DNA of 64,000 nucleotides from Marsupella aquatica (GCA_973895155.1 OZ316893.1:21967617-22031616); one strand, 5' to 3'; counted from the first letter of the stretch, positions 25,129-38,869 are shown. The notes: generated from the sequence alone by a model not told the origin. Made by a program: numbers and translations.

Positions 25129-27544
25129 GATGGAACAATGAGTGATTGACAAACTACTCAATCTCCACATGCAAATGACTGATCATTCTTGCTGCTTATG
25201 CTTTCAAGGACTGACCATGACTGATGAAACCATGCACTACCGACTACAGACAAACCTTATGTATAACCTTATGTATATATGACGTCCCATTATCATTTTG
25301 GTGATTGAGGGGTACAAAATTCATTTGAAGGACTACTCAAAAACCTTTTTTTCCTCCTTTATTTTTGTTTGGGAAATAGCATGTCCAGAACTATTAATAC
25401 CGTTCTGCTGTAATAGTTATATGGCGGAAACCTTTCCTGCTATCTTGTCTTATTTGAGTTACTTAAAGAGAATTTTTATGTCAACCTGGTCTACACCATG
25501 TGTATGCTTTGTATTATTATTTTGAATTTGAAAATTACTTTCTCCTCGTTCAACTTTTCAATTGCTCTTATTCAAGAGGACATGCTTGCCAGTATATTTC
25601 ATTTCTAATTTCATGAGACCTTACAAGGTTTTTCTTAACATATTTTTTGTATGGATTGCCTAATTATTAAATTCTTCTTACTCTAGATGGTGTGCTAGTC
25701 CTTGTATTCATATATTTCTGATTTTGTTCCACCTATTCTGTTTTTCTTAACATTCTATTTCTATACAGTAATTAATTAAGGGAGCTCCTCAATGCTGAGA
25801 TTATTGCTCTCCTCTCCACTGGACAACGAATCAAGTTAAAGTGTTTAAATATATATCTCCATTGCTTAGAAGGTTTGAGTGTTTGTGGGTTTTAGATGAA
25901 TAGGTGTCACTAACCAGAGAGCCCCGCAGAAAATAGCCCAAGACTAAGAAGTCACACTTACGATTGGATAATAAAGTACTATATACCTACTATAGCAAGT
26001 TCCTATTAGCCACGACTTAGAAATGTATCCTTTCAGCGTTGGGGCCAGCTATCTTTTTGTGGACAACTATTCACCATGAACCTACAATAAGGCTAATCTT
26101 TGGAGAAATCCCTGCCATCGGCTGCCATTGAATCCATGGTGCAGAGAGGGTTTGCCAAAAAACCCAGTGTACAGTCACCGAATCTACTAGCTAGACAACT
26201 GACCATCCATACTAATAACTAAGCTGAATGTCTTTCCTTGCTGTAGAATCTTGCCTCATTTTAAAGCTATTCGCCACCTATGGAAAAAAAATCAAACAAG
26301 ATAAAATGGCTGGTTGGGGTTGCTTTTAGTTGGCCATGATAGGGACTTACAATAGATTAAAAAATGTCAAGTTTTATAGAATCAATAAGAAAAGGGGGAC
26401 AGAAAGGTCCACTCAGTCGCCTCCTCTTTTCTCATCTTTTTGTGGTGGTGGTGGTGGTGGGGTCAAGGGGGAAAGGGGGTGTTGGGGGGAGGGAAACCAG
26501 ACCCCACACAGAACAAGAAAGGGGGTACCAAATGGCCCACTCAAACCCCTTTTTTTCTCCCTTTTCTTTGAAGAGAGGAAAGGGAAACCAAGCCTGAGGA
26601 GAATGGCCGCGCACCTGGCAGGATGGCTAGGGTGTGAGAAAACCCTTAGATTTTATAGTTTGAGAAAGAGGGGGACCAAACAATCCATCATACCCTTACT
26701 GTAGTTTCCCTCCTTATTTTTTGTTTGGGGGAATCAAATCAAAATCAAACCAGAGCAAAGCAGAACGAGAAGAGGGTAAAAAACGGCAGGATGGCTAGGG
26801 TGAGAGAAAACCCTTACATTTGATCATATGAGAAACAGGGACAAAATGGTCCAGTTTTGAAACACCTTCTTTATCCTATTTTAAATCGGGGCAGACTGGT
26901 GACAGCCCAAAATGATTAGCCCTAAATCACCTCACACAGCTAAGTTACAAATCTGAGGCCGGGTGAGTTAACAAGGAGCTCTCTACCAACCTGAAGCAGC
27001 TCCCTCAGCCGTGGAGCTGTCTGGTTTGGAATTCTTGGTGACTTATGATGAAGCACCTCCGGAAATCCTAGCGTGTCTTCTAAATGTGAGTCCCTGAAGC
27101 AGTGTCTGAATGTTAAGTCACCCTTGATTGACCACTCTATGGAAAACTTTAGTGAGCCTGACCAGAATGGTTGTGCACTTGGTAAAATAGCTGGCTTGGG
27201 CAAGGTAAACCCTTATATCTTATAGCTGGGATTTACTAGATTGCCATTAATCTGTGACATAATATGTACCTTGCCACCCCACTTGCCACGTGTTTGTTTT
27301 CTATTTATCACAATGTCCGTTTTTCATTAGCGGGGTAAGAAAATTAAGCCAGCTTAGCTCCCTCTCATGCAATGACAATCAGCACCCCCAGTGTTGCAAT
27401 TGTATGGCTCCGATCTCCTTCAATGTGACTTTGATCACCCAAGGGACGAGGAGTGGGTTGGCTTCACTTGCCCTGCCTATGTCCATCCTAGGCATGACCT
27501 CTGTTCAGACTGCATATTAACATCTCCCACGGCATGGCTTCTCC

Positions 27545-28020
27545 CCCGGGTAAACAAATCTTGTATAATAGGCAGGGGTCTACATTTTCATATGGACTAA
27601 AAAGTTGGCTATACAAAATAATTAAAATTTGAAAAACACCTGGATTTTCCACTTTAAAAATTTTTCAAGTCATATAAAAGGTTTGGTTTTCTTCTTTTTC
27701 CATATGAAATTTACAAATATTCCTACACGTCTTGTAATTTTTATTTAAAAGATAATTATTTAAAATTTTAATCAAAATCCTGAAAAGCTGGCTAGTTTGG
27801 ATGTAGACCTCTGTATAAAAAAAACCCATATAATTTGGTTTTGATAAACTTTTTCTACATCAAAACATGTTTGGTTTTTTCTAAGTTACATTTTTGGATT
27901 CCTTGAGTTGAGGGGTACACTACTTTAGACTAAAATGAAATCTAAGATGGTCAATTGGATATAAGGTTATTGTAAGGAATTAAAAACTTCCCTTATAAAA
28001 AGGGGAGTTGCATACCCGGG
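27545..28020. mobile_element. MITE of the 'CCCGGGTA' family (about 475 bp, AT-rich, 8-bp TSD), copy A
   Basis: Ends CCCGGGTAAACAAATC...GAGTTGCATACCCGGG. Flanks GCTTCTCC / GCCTCTCC (7/8 match). The empty paralogous site is visible at about 63141-63150. Confidence 0.8.
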
Positions 28021-28201
28021 GCCTCTCCCTGCGCAACAAATGAGAGGCCATGTGCACAGGACATGTTGCGAGACATACTGAGGCAGAGGTTGTAGGCAAG
28101 GGTGGTCAATCAAAGTAACTTTGAAGGAGATTGGGCCTGACAGGCACTTGCAACACTAAGTGCAATGACAGCCATTGGATGCAAAGGACTAAGGTGTGAC
28201 T

Positions 28202-29160
28202 CGCGGGTACGCAACTCTTATATAATAGACAGGGGTCTACATTTTTATATGGACTAAAAAGTTGGCTATATATACAAAATAATTAAAATTTGAAAAAACC
28301 TGGGTTTCCCCCCGGGTATGCAACTCCCCTTTTTATAAATCAAGTTTTTAATTCCTTATAATGACCCTATATCCTTAGACCATCTTAGATTTCATTTTAG
28401 TTTACTAAAGTCTTGTACCTCTCAACTCAAGGAATCCAAAAATGTAACTTAAAAAAAATTCCGAATATGTTTTGATGTATAAAAAGTTGATCAAAACCAA
28501 ATTATATGACTTTTTTTTAATACAGGGGTCTACAGCCAAACTAGCCAGCTTTTTAGGATTTTTATTAAAATTTTAAAAATCTTTTAATAAAAACTACAAC
28601 ATGTATAGGAATATTTTTTAATTTCATATGGAAAAAGAGGAGAACCAAACCTTTTATATGACTTGAAAATTTTTAAAAGTGGAAAACCCAGGTTTTTTCA
28701 AATTTTAATAATTTTGTATAGCCAACTTTTTAGTCCATATAAAAATGTAGACCCCTGCCAATTATACAAGAGTTGCGTACCCGGGGGTTTTCCATGTTAA
28801 AAAAATTTCAAGTCATATAAAAGGTTTGGTTTTCTTCTTGTTCCATATGAAATCAAAAAAATATTCCTATACATGTTGTAATTTTTATTAAAAGATTTTA
28901 AAATTTTTAATAAAAATCCTAAAAAGCTGGCTAGTTTGGCTATAGACCCCTGTATTAAAAAAACCCATATAATTTGGTTTTGATCAACTTTTTGTACATC
29001 AAAACATGTTTGTTTGTTTTTTAAGTCATTTTTGGATTCGTTGAGTTGAGAGATACAAGACTTTAGTAGACTAAAATGAAATCTAAGATGGTCAATTCAA
29101 TATAAGGCCATTATAAGGAGTTAAAACTTGCCTTATAAAAAGGGGAGTTGCATACCCGGG
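28202..29160. mobile_element. MITE of the 'CCCGGGTA' family, copy B, interrupted by copy C
   Basis: Ends CGCGGGTACGCAACTC...GAGTTGCATACCCGGG. Perfect TSD GTGTGACT at 28194-28201 and 29161-29168. Confidence 0.85.
28311..28785. mobile_element. MITE of the 'CCCGGGTA' family, copy C, nested in opposite orientation inside copy B
   Basis: CCCGGGTATGCAACTC...GAGTTGCGTACCCGGG with flanks GGTTTCCC / GGTTTTCC. The host sequence continues across the insertion as it does in copy A. Confidence 0.85.
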
Positions 29161-30861
29161 GTGTGACTTGGGTTAATTTTCTGGCAGAATCAAAATTAAA
29201 CTGAAAATAATGACATTGTGATAAACAAAATAAATTTTCCTAGAAGGTTATCTTAATAAAATATGAGTGTTGAGCTAGATTAAGCTAGGATCACATATGG
29301 TATTCCGAACTATACAGTAAAATAACCCCCCAGGATTTTATAAAACAAGGAGAAGGGGTCCAAACGGCCCAGAAGGCCAAAACGACAAACATGAACCCTT
29401 TGCAAAGGGGAAACTAAGTCCAAAGACCTACAGGCTCAACTACTCAGGTTAAGGGTACACCAGCAACGTACAAACACCAAAAACCTACATCGGCCCCAGT
29501 AGGACACATGGAACAGAAAGATGGCCAGGTGGTCTAAACAAAAATCCAAGATAAACTCACAAAGTAACCTACCAAGCTACGAACAGAATAGGTGCTTTTT
29601 GTTCTTTTGCAATGATTTGTAGGAAAAGTCCATCCAAGTAATTGTCAGTGGTAGGAAACATCCTGGGTCATCCTTGCTACTTTTTCTCTTTTTGTTTGAG
29701 TCGTAAACTGGGATGAGATTTCCATCCAATAATTTATAAGAGCATCTCTAAGCCCTACCTGGGTTTGGTTACTGTGCTGGTTGGACCCAGCAAACCAAAC
29801 CACAAAAAGTCAGGTCCAACATACCCAATTAATCACTCTAATAAAAGTTATCAGACTCTCATGGCCTGGGTTTACTGGTTAAGTACTGGATCTCTCTATG
29901 AAAGGCAATTATATATATAGTAGCCAACTATATACCATGCTTGTTACAGGGTTTCCAAGATTGTAATCTCGGGTAGACAAGATTATAATCTCGGGTAGAC
30001 AGTTGCTGATCCAGCTGTAATTTTAGGAACATTACCAGATAAGGGTTACTTAGGGCTGAGTTTCAGATGGTTGTGATAGCTACTTACAATAAGTTGTGAG
30101 ACTGCATTTATTCCTTGCATTAAACCACAACTGCCCCATACATAAGGGAGACGTGTCTAAAACTGCTCCCTTGGTCCGCATTCACTTCTTTCCTCTGTTT
30201 AAGGTGTCATTCTACTCCCTAATTTCAGGAAAAAATTTGTGTTAGCAGTGAAATACCCATTTTTCACATTCGACTCACCTTTTCATTCTAAGGTGCCAGT
30301 TTGCTCCGTGTTTTCAGGAAAAACCTCAGCTTGTAATAAAACTAACCCAAATAGACATCTTGAATGGGACTAAGCTATTCGAGAGCAGATCAGTGATACC
30401 TGTTGGTCTATGCAGCTCCGGATGTTCTTCGTTTCAGTCTGGAAATGTAATTGGGCATTAAAGCTCAGTCCATCCCGGCCTCAAGCTATAGGAAAGTGAC
30501 ATTTGAGAGATATATGCCGAGATATATAGTCTCTTTGACATATATTCACAGGGCCCACCAAGTGACTTGTAGGATAGGTAAACAGTATATTGGGCTCTAC
30601 TAGCTAATATGTATAACACGCTAGTAAGATCATTCGATCAGTAGGTAAATACCATGGATAATATCGAAATTAAGGAAACAGATACGAGTAATTTAAGTCA
30701 ATGATCTAGCTAGATGGACTTCGAGGACAGAAAACAAAAAGGGTCCCGGAGAAGACTCAAAATACGCATCGAGTTAGTCAACTTCACTAGTCAATCGATC
30801 TTTCAGCTAGAGCTTGGCCTATTTGATTTCCTACCGGGGCATGTGCCAGTTTTGCCTTGTG

Positions 30862-31382
30862 AGTCCAGATTTTTATGCGCTGGTAGTACGACTGTGAACA
30901 TTCCGGAACAGTAGTTTATTCCGTGTATTATCTTGATTTCCAAGCTGCTGTCTCAGTTACCCTTGCTGTATCTTCGATCTGCTGGTTCTTATCTAGTCAG
31001 TCATATACTTGGTTCATCCAGCAGGTGACAGACCTCGATCTCCAGATCGAATGTACACACTCTTCCGCAGGAGATTCCGAGAGGCTGGAGCCTATTGCAG
31101 CCCTATATATATATATATATTTCGACAGGTTTGTGTTACGGAGGTTTTATCTAGCCACCATACTTTATTGCAAACTAGCTTATTTACTTTCAATAAACAA
31201 ATATTTTCCTGCCACACCTCATTACTTATATATTTAAAGTGCTGTTCCAAGGAAGCATTCGGTTAACATTTGAATACACATGATGGCATGATGAGGTTGT
31301 TTTGAATAGCATCGATGTTATATTTTACATCTTCAACTGCTTTGCAGCAAGTCATTGACGAAGGCTAATCTCTGATCAAGCA
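30862..31382 (+). pseudogene. CUL1: CULLIN1 exon remnants next to F-box copy 2
   Basis: CAG|GTGACAGACCTC..ATGTACACACTCTTCCGCAGG..GAGCCTATTGCAGCCCTA..TTCGACAG|GT, followed by TTGCAG|CAAGTCATTGACGAAGGC (QVIDEG), cut at the shared junction. Confidence 0.7.
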
Positions 31383-31811
31383 TGAGGCCTGCTCATGTCC
31401 CCTCAAATAACTTACCAAAAAACGTAAACATGCCGGCAGCAGGCATTACTAAGGCACTGGTGGGTGTTGTTTTCGACATTTAAATCAGCATATTAGTCTG
31501 CAGATTTCCTCTTTCCATCGGACTGGCCTCCGGATTAGTGATAGACGCACCTATGCGTGCTATTGAGAAACAATTTGAATCCTAGCTAGGCACCCGAGGT
31601 GCCAATGTTTATTTTTCATCCATTCTACAAACAAACAAAAGATATTTCCATATGATCGATTGATCCTTGACACTCTGGAAGAAAAGAGACGTCTCGGAAT
31701 TAAGATCAAATAAAAGTATTAAATTTATTGGGAAATGAGGCATGCCAAAATATATATATCAATTGGTGAGGCAATGATGTATTCCACCATATATGCGCGC
31801 GTTGCTCAAAG

Positions 31812-33060
31812 TTAAATTGAACAGAGCAACTGATAGGTTACACTGTGTCCAGGCACTGCCTTGGGACTTAGAGGAGGCCATTCTACTATCATCTCCCGGT
31901 TGATCTGTTTGTTGTTCTGACCAAACCCTTTTGTATGCAGCAGGTGTTCTTCAGAATGCAAGAAACTATAATCTGTTCTTACTATTGCTAAAAGCTCCTT
32001 TGCCACAGAAAGGACGCTTCTAACATTGTGCCCATGTTGCAACCGTCCTTGATTATTAGTGAAGGAACATGATTGAACAAGTGACCATGACTGATTTTCT
32101 GTATTATACATATAAACGCCAATAGGAGTCATATGATAGAAATTTCCTTGGACAGCGAAGGATGCTCCAAAATCGCCTCCCACACGAACGTCAATTCCCA
32201 AAGGCTCCATCAACCTCCACTCATCCTTGCCAGGGTGATAGATCTTCACAGACTTGAGCGGATTCTCAAGGATATTATGAATCTGGTTTGGATCGTCAAT
32301 TTCTCTGTCATTGGAGTCACGAATGATCGAGCCCTGGACAAAAAGCTCCTCCCCAACTGTCACAACCTGATGAAAAGCATGGAATTTCGATACCATGGGC
32401 TTTGTGGGAGACCAGCAATCAGCTTTAGGGTCATAAACTTCTGCTCCGCATATAAGTTTACAATTGGACGCACCCCCAAAAACATAAATCTTCCCATTCA
32501 TGACACCAGCACCAAAATCTTGTCTTGCTTCTCCCATTTGTGCACATTCTTTCCATTTCTTTGGTCCTACCAAATCCATCACGTATACGTTCCTCCTCCC
32601 ATGTGATCGGCTCATCTCTCTAACCTCGTGCAGTTTGTTAGAACGTGCTCCTCCCACAACATATATCTTGCAATCCACTGAGACAACTTGGCAACGATGT
32701 GGAAAGCCTTTCCGAATGCCAGGGATTGGAGGAAGTTCGAACCAAGTTCTATGTGTCATGGAGTATAGCCAAATTGTGGTCCTATTGTCCCCAACACCTT
32801 TTGCGTGCCTATTAAATGTCCGCAGAAAAACCGCAAAACTCTTTTCAGAGTTACTACGAACTCTCGCATCCTCGACAAGATGACCTCGAATAGCCTTCTC
32901 CCAAATACTGCTTGTCAAAGAGAGCTCGGAAATTTCAGAAAACGACAGCTAGCTTTGGAGTAATCTCGTGCAGGGTGATGTCATTGGGGATGCCTGGTAG
33001 CAGTTCTTCCTCCAGGTCCTCGTAGCTCATTGGCGGCGTCAATCGCAACCTCCCTGCCAT
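31812..33060 (-). pseudogene. F-box/Kelch copy 2, frameshifted by a 4-bp insertion in the F-box region
   Basis: Near-identical to copy 1. Span is 1249 bp vs 1245 because of AGCTAGCT at 32947-32954. The downstream Kelch frame 31812-32918 is open. Confidence 0.88.
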
Positions 33061-33374
33061 TATATTGATTACGTACAGCCTTCCCACTGCCCCGCCCGGC
33101 CACTGCTTGGTTTGGCACCAGAAAAATACTCAGAAATCCAGATTACAACTAGCTATAACAAGAATGCCTTAGCTAGCAGCCCGAGGAGTTGATGATTATC
33201 TCGTTGCAACTTGTGAGTACTCTAGGCATAAACTATCACCAATTCAGGACTAGAGGACAACAAGGGATGTTGCTTGCGTCAGGTGGGAAGCTCGTCTACA
33301 CGGAACTGATGAATGAGAATTTTTCACCTAGCTGAAGCCCCTTATATACCGGATGCTAGAGCAGGATGAAGCAC

Positions 33375-33810
33375 GTGAGATCGATGGAACAATGAGTGAT
33401 AGACAAACTACTCAATCTCCACATGCAAATGACTGATCACTCTTGCTAGTTATGCTTTCAAGGACGTACTGACCATAACTGACGAAAAGGATGCACTAGC
33501 TACTGACTAGAGACAAACCATATATATATGACATCCCATTATCATTTTGATGATTGAGGGTTAGAAAATTCATTTGACTTATCTGCACATGCACATGACT
33601 GATCATTCTTGCTGCTCTTGCTTTGAAGCTAGGACTGACCATAACTTGTGAGATGGAACAATGAGTGATCGACAAACTACTCAATCTCCACATGCAAATG
33701 ACGGATCACTCTTGCTCCTTTATGCTTTCAAGGACTGACCATAACTGATGAAAACGATGCAGTACTGACTACAGACAAACCAGATATGTATGACATCCCA
33801 ATATCATAAG
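33375..33810. repeat. Tandem partial duplications of the F-box promoter module (inverted paralog at about 47770-48180)
   Basis: TGAGATGGAACAATGAGTGAT..ACAAACTACTCAATCTCCACATGCAAATGAC and GGACTGACCATAACTGA recur 2-3 times. Confidence 0.7.
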
Positions 33811-35583
33811 GGCTTAGTAAATATCCTAGTGCACTTTGGCTCATCAATCTAGCGTGCTGTAGTGTGGGAAATTAAGGCCTTTTTCAAGCTGTCATGATTA
33901 TCTATTTTCATGATTCTTATTATATATCTACTTTCGTACTTCATGTTAATTTATCATGAGCATTCCTTTCTTCAAGTGCACCCAGTGTAGTTAACCGCCA
34001 CTATTTTTCCTAGAAGTGGTTTCCTGATTAACAATAAACAATCATGGGATTCTAACCACGTATAGGAGAGTCTTATATCCAGGGGATCCAAGCCCCCCGA
34101 TCCAAGCTGGCTACGTACTTGCAGGACGTAGATTGAACAGGCTTCAGAGATCAAGAACTCTATATTAGACCTTGTTAGACCTTTACTGCAGGGAAGGACA
34201 AGACTGGTTTAGAGTGACTGTCTCAGGTTTTCTGGGATTAGACTTATATAGTTGAGGCAATATTCTGCCTTGGAAAGAAGTAGATTACGTACAGAACATA
34301 TATATATAAAATTCCAAGTTTAACCCTTGAGTTCTCATATATTCTATGGGTATATTGCTTGCAGCTATCGTTTGGTTTTGGTTGCCACTCACATGCATGG
34401 AAACGAACAAGTTATACTGTGCTGTATTAGGTTCATCCTTCTCTAGAAACTTCTGCGCCGATCCTTGGTTTAATTTACCTCAATCGATGTAGTACTTTGG
34501 CACAAATGCTGGGAAGACTGCCATTCTTGAAATGTGTTGGAATCTATCCTAATTCTGGGCCGATTACTATAAACTTCCTATGATCGTACGATTCCAGATG
34601 AATGAGGAACGACTCAGTGACCGAGTCCAGATAAATACAAAGGCCATAAGGTAACGCGAACAATAAAGGCACAACTGTTGGAGGGGCTATCCTGAAGATC
34701 CACAGTCCCCTGTTGATCGTTACAGGTAATGGAGATCTTGTTACAAATTAACCCCGGAAACTAACATGGACGATCTGGTAACAATTAAGATAACAAGAAG
34801 CTAGTACAGCATCGTGGAATTAACTTGGACAGAAACTGTGAGAGGAGAAAGTCTGCTTTTCTACGATTTCATTGTGCATGACTCTTGCACTTTTACTTTT
34901 TAGGGTTGTTCTTTGCACTACGATAGGGACAATTCAGGCTACAACTTTCAATATTAGTCTGTCCCGAGCAGGCTTTGCCACACAAACAGTGCAACATCCC
35001 GCAGCAATGTTTTTGAGTGATTCTTAAAGCTGAGTGCTCTCAATGCTGGAAAGTCTTAATATATTAAATATGCGGAGCCCATAGAAGCTTTAATTTGGTC
35101 CCGGAATGGGAAGCCACCTACTCTACATTGCATGCTGCGAGAGATAGCATTGAAAGTCTGATCTCCTTAATTGAGTTCAGCCGGGTAATTGATTTGTTCG
35201 GAAGGTTGAATTAACTCTTTTTTTGCGTTCTCTGGTTTATTCAATATATTGGCAGGCCACGGACAGTTTAAGGTGCCATGCATAATCTAATCTCTTGTTT
35301 TTCTCAGAACAAGAATGTGAATGACAAGAAGGCAATTGCAGAAGCTTATTCAGACAAGGGTCATTTAGTTAGGATGCCTTGTGGTATCAATTGTGTAGGG
35401 TTGGTCTCCGTTTCCTTTAATCACCCTTAGCAAAAAAGAGAAAAACTACAGTAGGCATATAAGTGGTCCGTTTTGTACCCGTCTTCTCCCGACCCCCACA
35501 AAAAGGAGAAAATGAAGTGCTTGAGTGGACCATTTTGTACCCCTTTTTCTAGTTCTGCTCGGGCTTGGTTTCCTTTTCCCTTA

Positions 35584-36989
35584 GAGCATCTCCAAACCTA
35601 CAGGGTTCTCCTTATTGGGTACATTAGACACCCAGTCTGATACCATCCTTTTATTAGTTTATTGTAAGTGGCTATATATCACGGCCAACTAAAAGCAACC
35701 CCAATCAGTCATTTTTTCTTGTTTTAATTAGATAAAGTTTATTCAATGGTGGCGAATTAAAATGAGGCAAGATTCTACAGCAAGGAAAGACATTCAGCTT
35801 AGTTATTCGTATGGAAAGTCAGTTGTCTATCTAGTACTTTGGACGATTGTACACTGAGTACTCTTTGTCAAACTCTCTCTGCACCACAGATTCAATTGGC
35901 AGCCAATGGCAGGGATTTCTCCAAAGATTAGCCCTAGTACCAATTTCTGGCCCTATTTTAGGTTCATGGCTATCATTTGCCCACGAAAAAATAGCTGGCA
36001 CCAACTCTCAAAGGATACATTTTTCTAAGTAGTGGCTATTAGGAACTTGCTACAGTAAGTACTAAACAGTACTTTCTGGTTGAAAGACGAGTACAATATT
36101 ATCTAATCCTAAACTTCTTAGTCTTGGGCTATATTTTTCGGACTCTCTGGTTAGTGACACCTATTCATCTAAAACCCATAAACACTGAAACTTTCTAAGT
36201 AAGCAATGGAGATATTTTAACTCCATGATTCCGGGCATGATTCCAGTTGTCGGGTGAAGGGAGAGCAATAATCTCAGCATTGAGGAGCTCCCTTTATTGA
36301 CGTATAGAAATAAAATGTTAAGACAAATATAATAAGGGCTCACAAAATTAGAAATTGAATATACGGACTAGATAGCATCCCCTCTAGAGGAATAAGAATT
36401 CAAGATTTAATCAATGCAGAATAAATAGAATGTTAAGAAAGACATAATAAGGGCTCATAAAATTAGAAAAGAAATATAAGGGCTACTGTGTCCTCTTGTT
36501 CAAGAGGAATTGAAAAAGTTCAACACTGAAGGTGAAAGTAATTTACAAATTCAAAATAATACAGAGTATACACATTGGCTAGACCTGCAGATTGACATAA
36601 AAATATTCTGTAAGTAAGTCAAACAAGACAAGCTAGATAGACGAGAGGGGTTCCGCCATATAACTATTGCAGCAGAGCCATATAGTTCTGGAGAATGATG
36701 CTATTTCTCAAACAAAAATAAAGGAGAAAAAAAGGCCAGTAGTCCTCTTTCTTGTTTAATTAGTAGATCTGATTGGACCTGACTTTTTGCATTTTGTTGA
36801 GCATGTTTGTCAACAGTGAGATGCTGTTAAATAGCCCACACATTAAATAAGGAGGAAAAAAGGCGTGTGAGTAATCCATTTGTACACCACTTTTTTGTTG
36901 AGTAGGGTTGGTTGGACCTGACTTTTTGCAATTTTATTCCATGCGTGGGTTTTGTCACCACCGTTTCAATAGTAGTATTGGAGATGCTC
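35584..36989. mobile_element. Putative non-autonomous PIF/Harbinger (Tourist-like) element, 1.4 kb
   Basis: Perfect 12-bp TIR GAGCATCTCCAA / TTGGAGATGCTC, flanked by TTA on both sides (35581-35583 and 36990-36992). The joined flanks resemble one unit of the neighbouring CAAAAA(G)GAGAAAAACTAG array. Confidence 0.6.
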
Positions 36990-37616
36990 TTAGCCCACAA
37001 AAAGGGAGAAAAACTAGTTCTCTTTCTTGTTTAGATTATTGCTTATAGGGTTTGGTTGGACCTGAATTTTTGCATTTTGTTTCTCGGGTTACTCAACTAG
37101 GTTAGTTTTTTGTTTAGTGTATTGCGTTGGACCTGATATAATTTCTTGTTCACTGTATTTGGTTGGCAGCAAGTCATTGACGAAGGCTAATCTCTGATCA
37201 AGCATGAGGCCGGCGCATGTCCCGGCCCTCAAATAACTTCCCAAAACATGTAAACATGCCGGCAGAAGGCGTGCGCCGGCGGGTGTTGTTTACGACATTT
37301 CAATCAGCATCGATCTTAGTGGCGGATTTACTCTGTCCATGAAGCCAGCCTCCGATTAGTGATAGACGCACGTATGCGTGCTGTTGAGAAACAATTTGAA
37401 TCCTAGCTAGGCACACGAGGTGCCAATGTTTAATTTTCATCCATTCTACAAACAAACAAAAGATATCTTCATATGATCGATTGATCCTTGCCACTGGAAG
37501 AAAAGAGATGTCTCGGAAGATCAAATAAAAAAGTGTTCCAATTATTGGGAAATGAGGAATGCCAAAATATATTAATTGGTGAGGCAATGATATATTCCGC
37601 CATGCATTGCTCAAAC

Positions 37617-38869
37617 TTAAATTGAACAGAGCAACTGATAGGCTACATTGTGTCCAGGCACTGCCTTATGACTTAGAGGAGGCCATTCTACTATCATCTC
37701 CCTGTTGATCTGTTTGTTGTTCTGACCAAACCCTTTTGTATGTAGCAGGTGTTCTTCAGAATTCAAGAAACTATAATCTATTCTTACTATTGCTAAAAGC
37801 TCCTTTGCCACAGAAAGGACGCTTCTAACATTGTGCCCATGTTGCAACCGTCCTTGATTATTAGTGAAGGAACATGATTGAACAAGTGACCATGACTGAT
37901 TTTCTGTATTATACATATAAACGCCAATAGGACTCATGTGATAGAAATTTCCTTGGACAGTGAAGGATGCTCCAAAATCGCCTCCCACACGAACCTCAAT
38001 TCCCAAAGGCTCCATCAACCTCCACTCATCCTTGCCAGGGTGATAGATCTTCACAGACTTGAGCGGATTCTCAAGAATATTATTAATCTGGTTTGGATCA
38101 TCAATTTCTCTATCAGTGGAGTCACGAATGATCGAGCCCTGGACAAAAAGCTCCTCCCCAACTGTGACAACCTGCTGAAACGCATGGAATTTCGATACCA
38201 TGGGCTTTCTGGGAGACCAGCAATCAGCTTTAGGGTCATAAACTTCTCCTCCGCATATAAGTTTACAATTGGACGCACCCCCAAAAACATAAATCTTCCC
38301 ATTCATGACACCAGCACCAAAATCTTGTCTTGCTTCTCCCATTTGTGCACATTCCTTCCATTTCTTTGGTCCTACCAAATCCATCACGTACACGTTCCTC
38401 CTCCCATGTGATCGGCTCATCTCTCTAACCTCGTGCAGTTTGTTAATTAGAACGTGCTCCTCCCACACCATATATCTTGCAATCCACTGAGACAACTTGG
38501 CAACGATGTGGAAAGCCTTTCCGAATGCCAGGGATTGGAGGAAGTTCGAACCAATTTCTAGGTGTCATGGAGTACAGCCAAATTGTGGTCCTATTGTCAG
38601 CAACACCTTTTGCATGCCCATTAAATGTCCGCAGAAAAACAGCAAAACTCTTTTCAGAGTTACTACGAACTCTCGCATCCTCGACAAGATGACCTCGAAT
38701 AGCCTTCTCCCAAATACTGCTTGTCAAAGAGAGCTCGGAAATTTCAGAAAACGACAGCTAGCTTTGGAGTAATCTCGTGCAGGGTGATGTCATTGGGGAG
38801 ACCTGGTAGCAGTTCTTCCTCCAGGTCCTCGTAGCTCATTGGTGGCGTCAATCGCAACCTCCTTGCCAT
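37617..38869 (-). pseudogene. F-box/Kelch copy 3, two 4-bp frameshift insertions
   Basis: Span 1253 bp = 1245 + 8. Shares the AGCTAGCT insertion (38756-38763) with copy 2 and adds TTAATT at 38443-38448. Confidence 0.88.

Noticed and set aside
26940-27203. 87-aa ORF recurring at 52280 and 63518, considered as a possible SKP1/RBX1 partner
   Set aside because: No SKP1 or RING motifs were seen in the frames examined; the recurrence is explained by segmental duplication.
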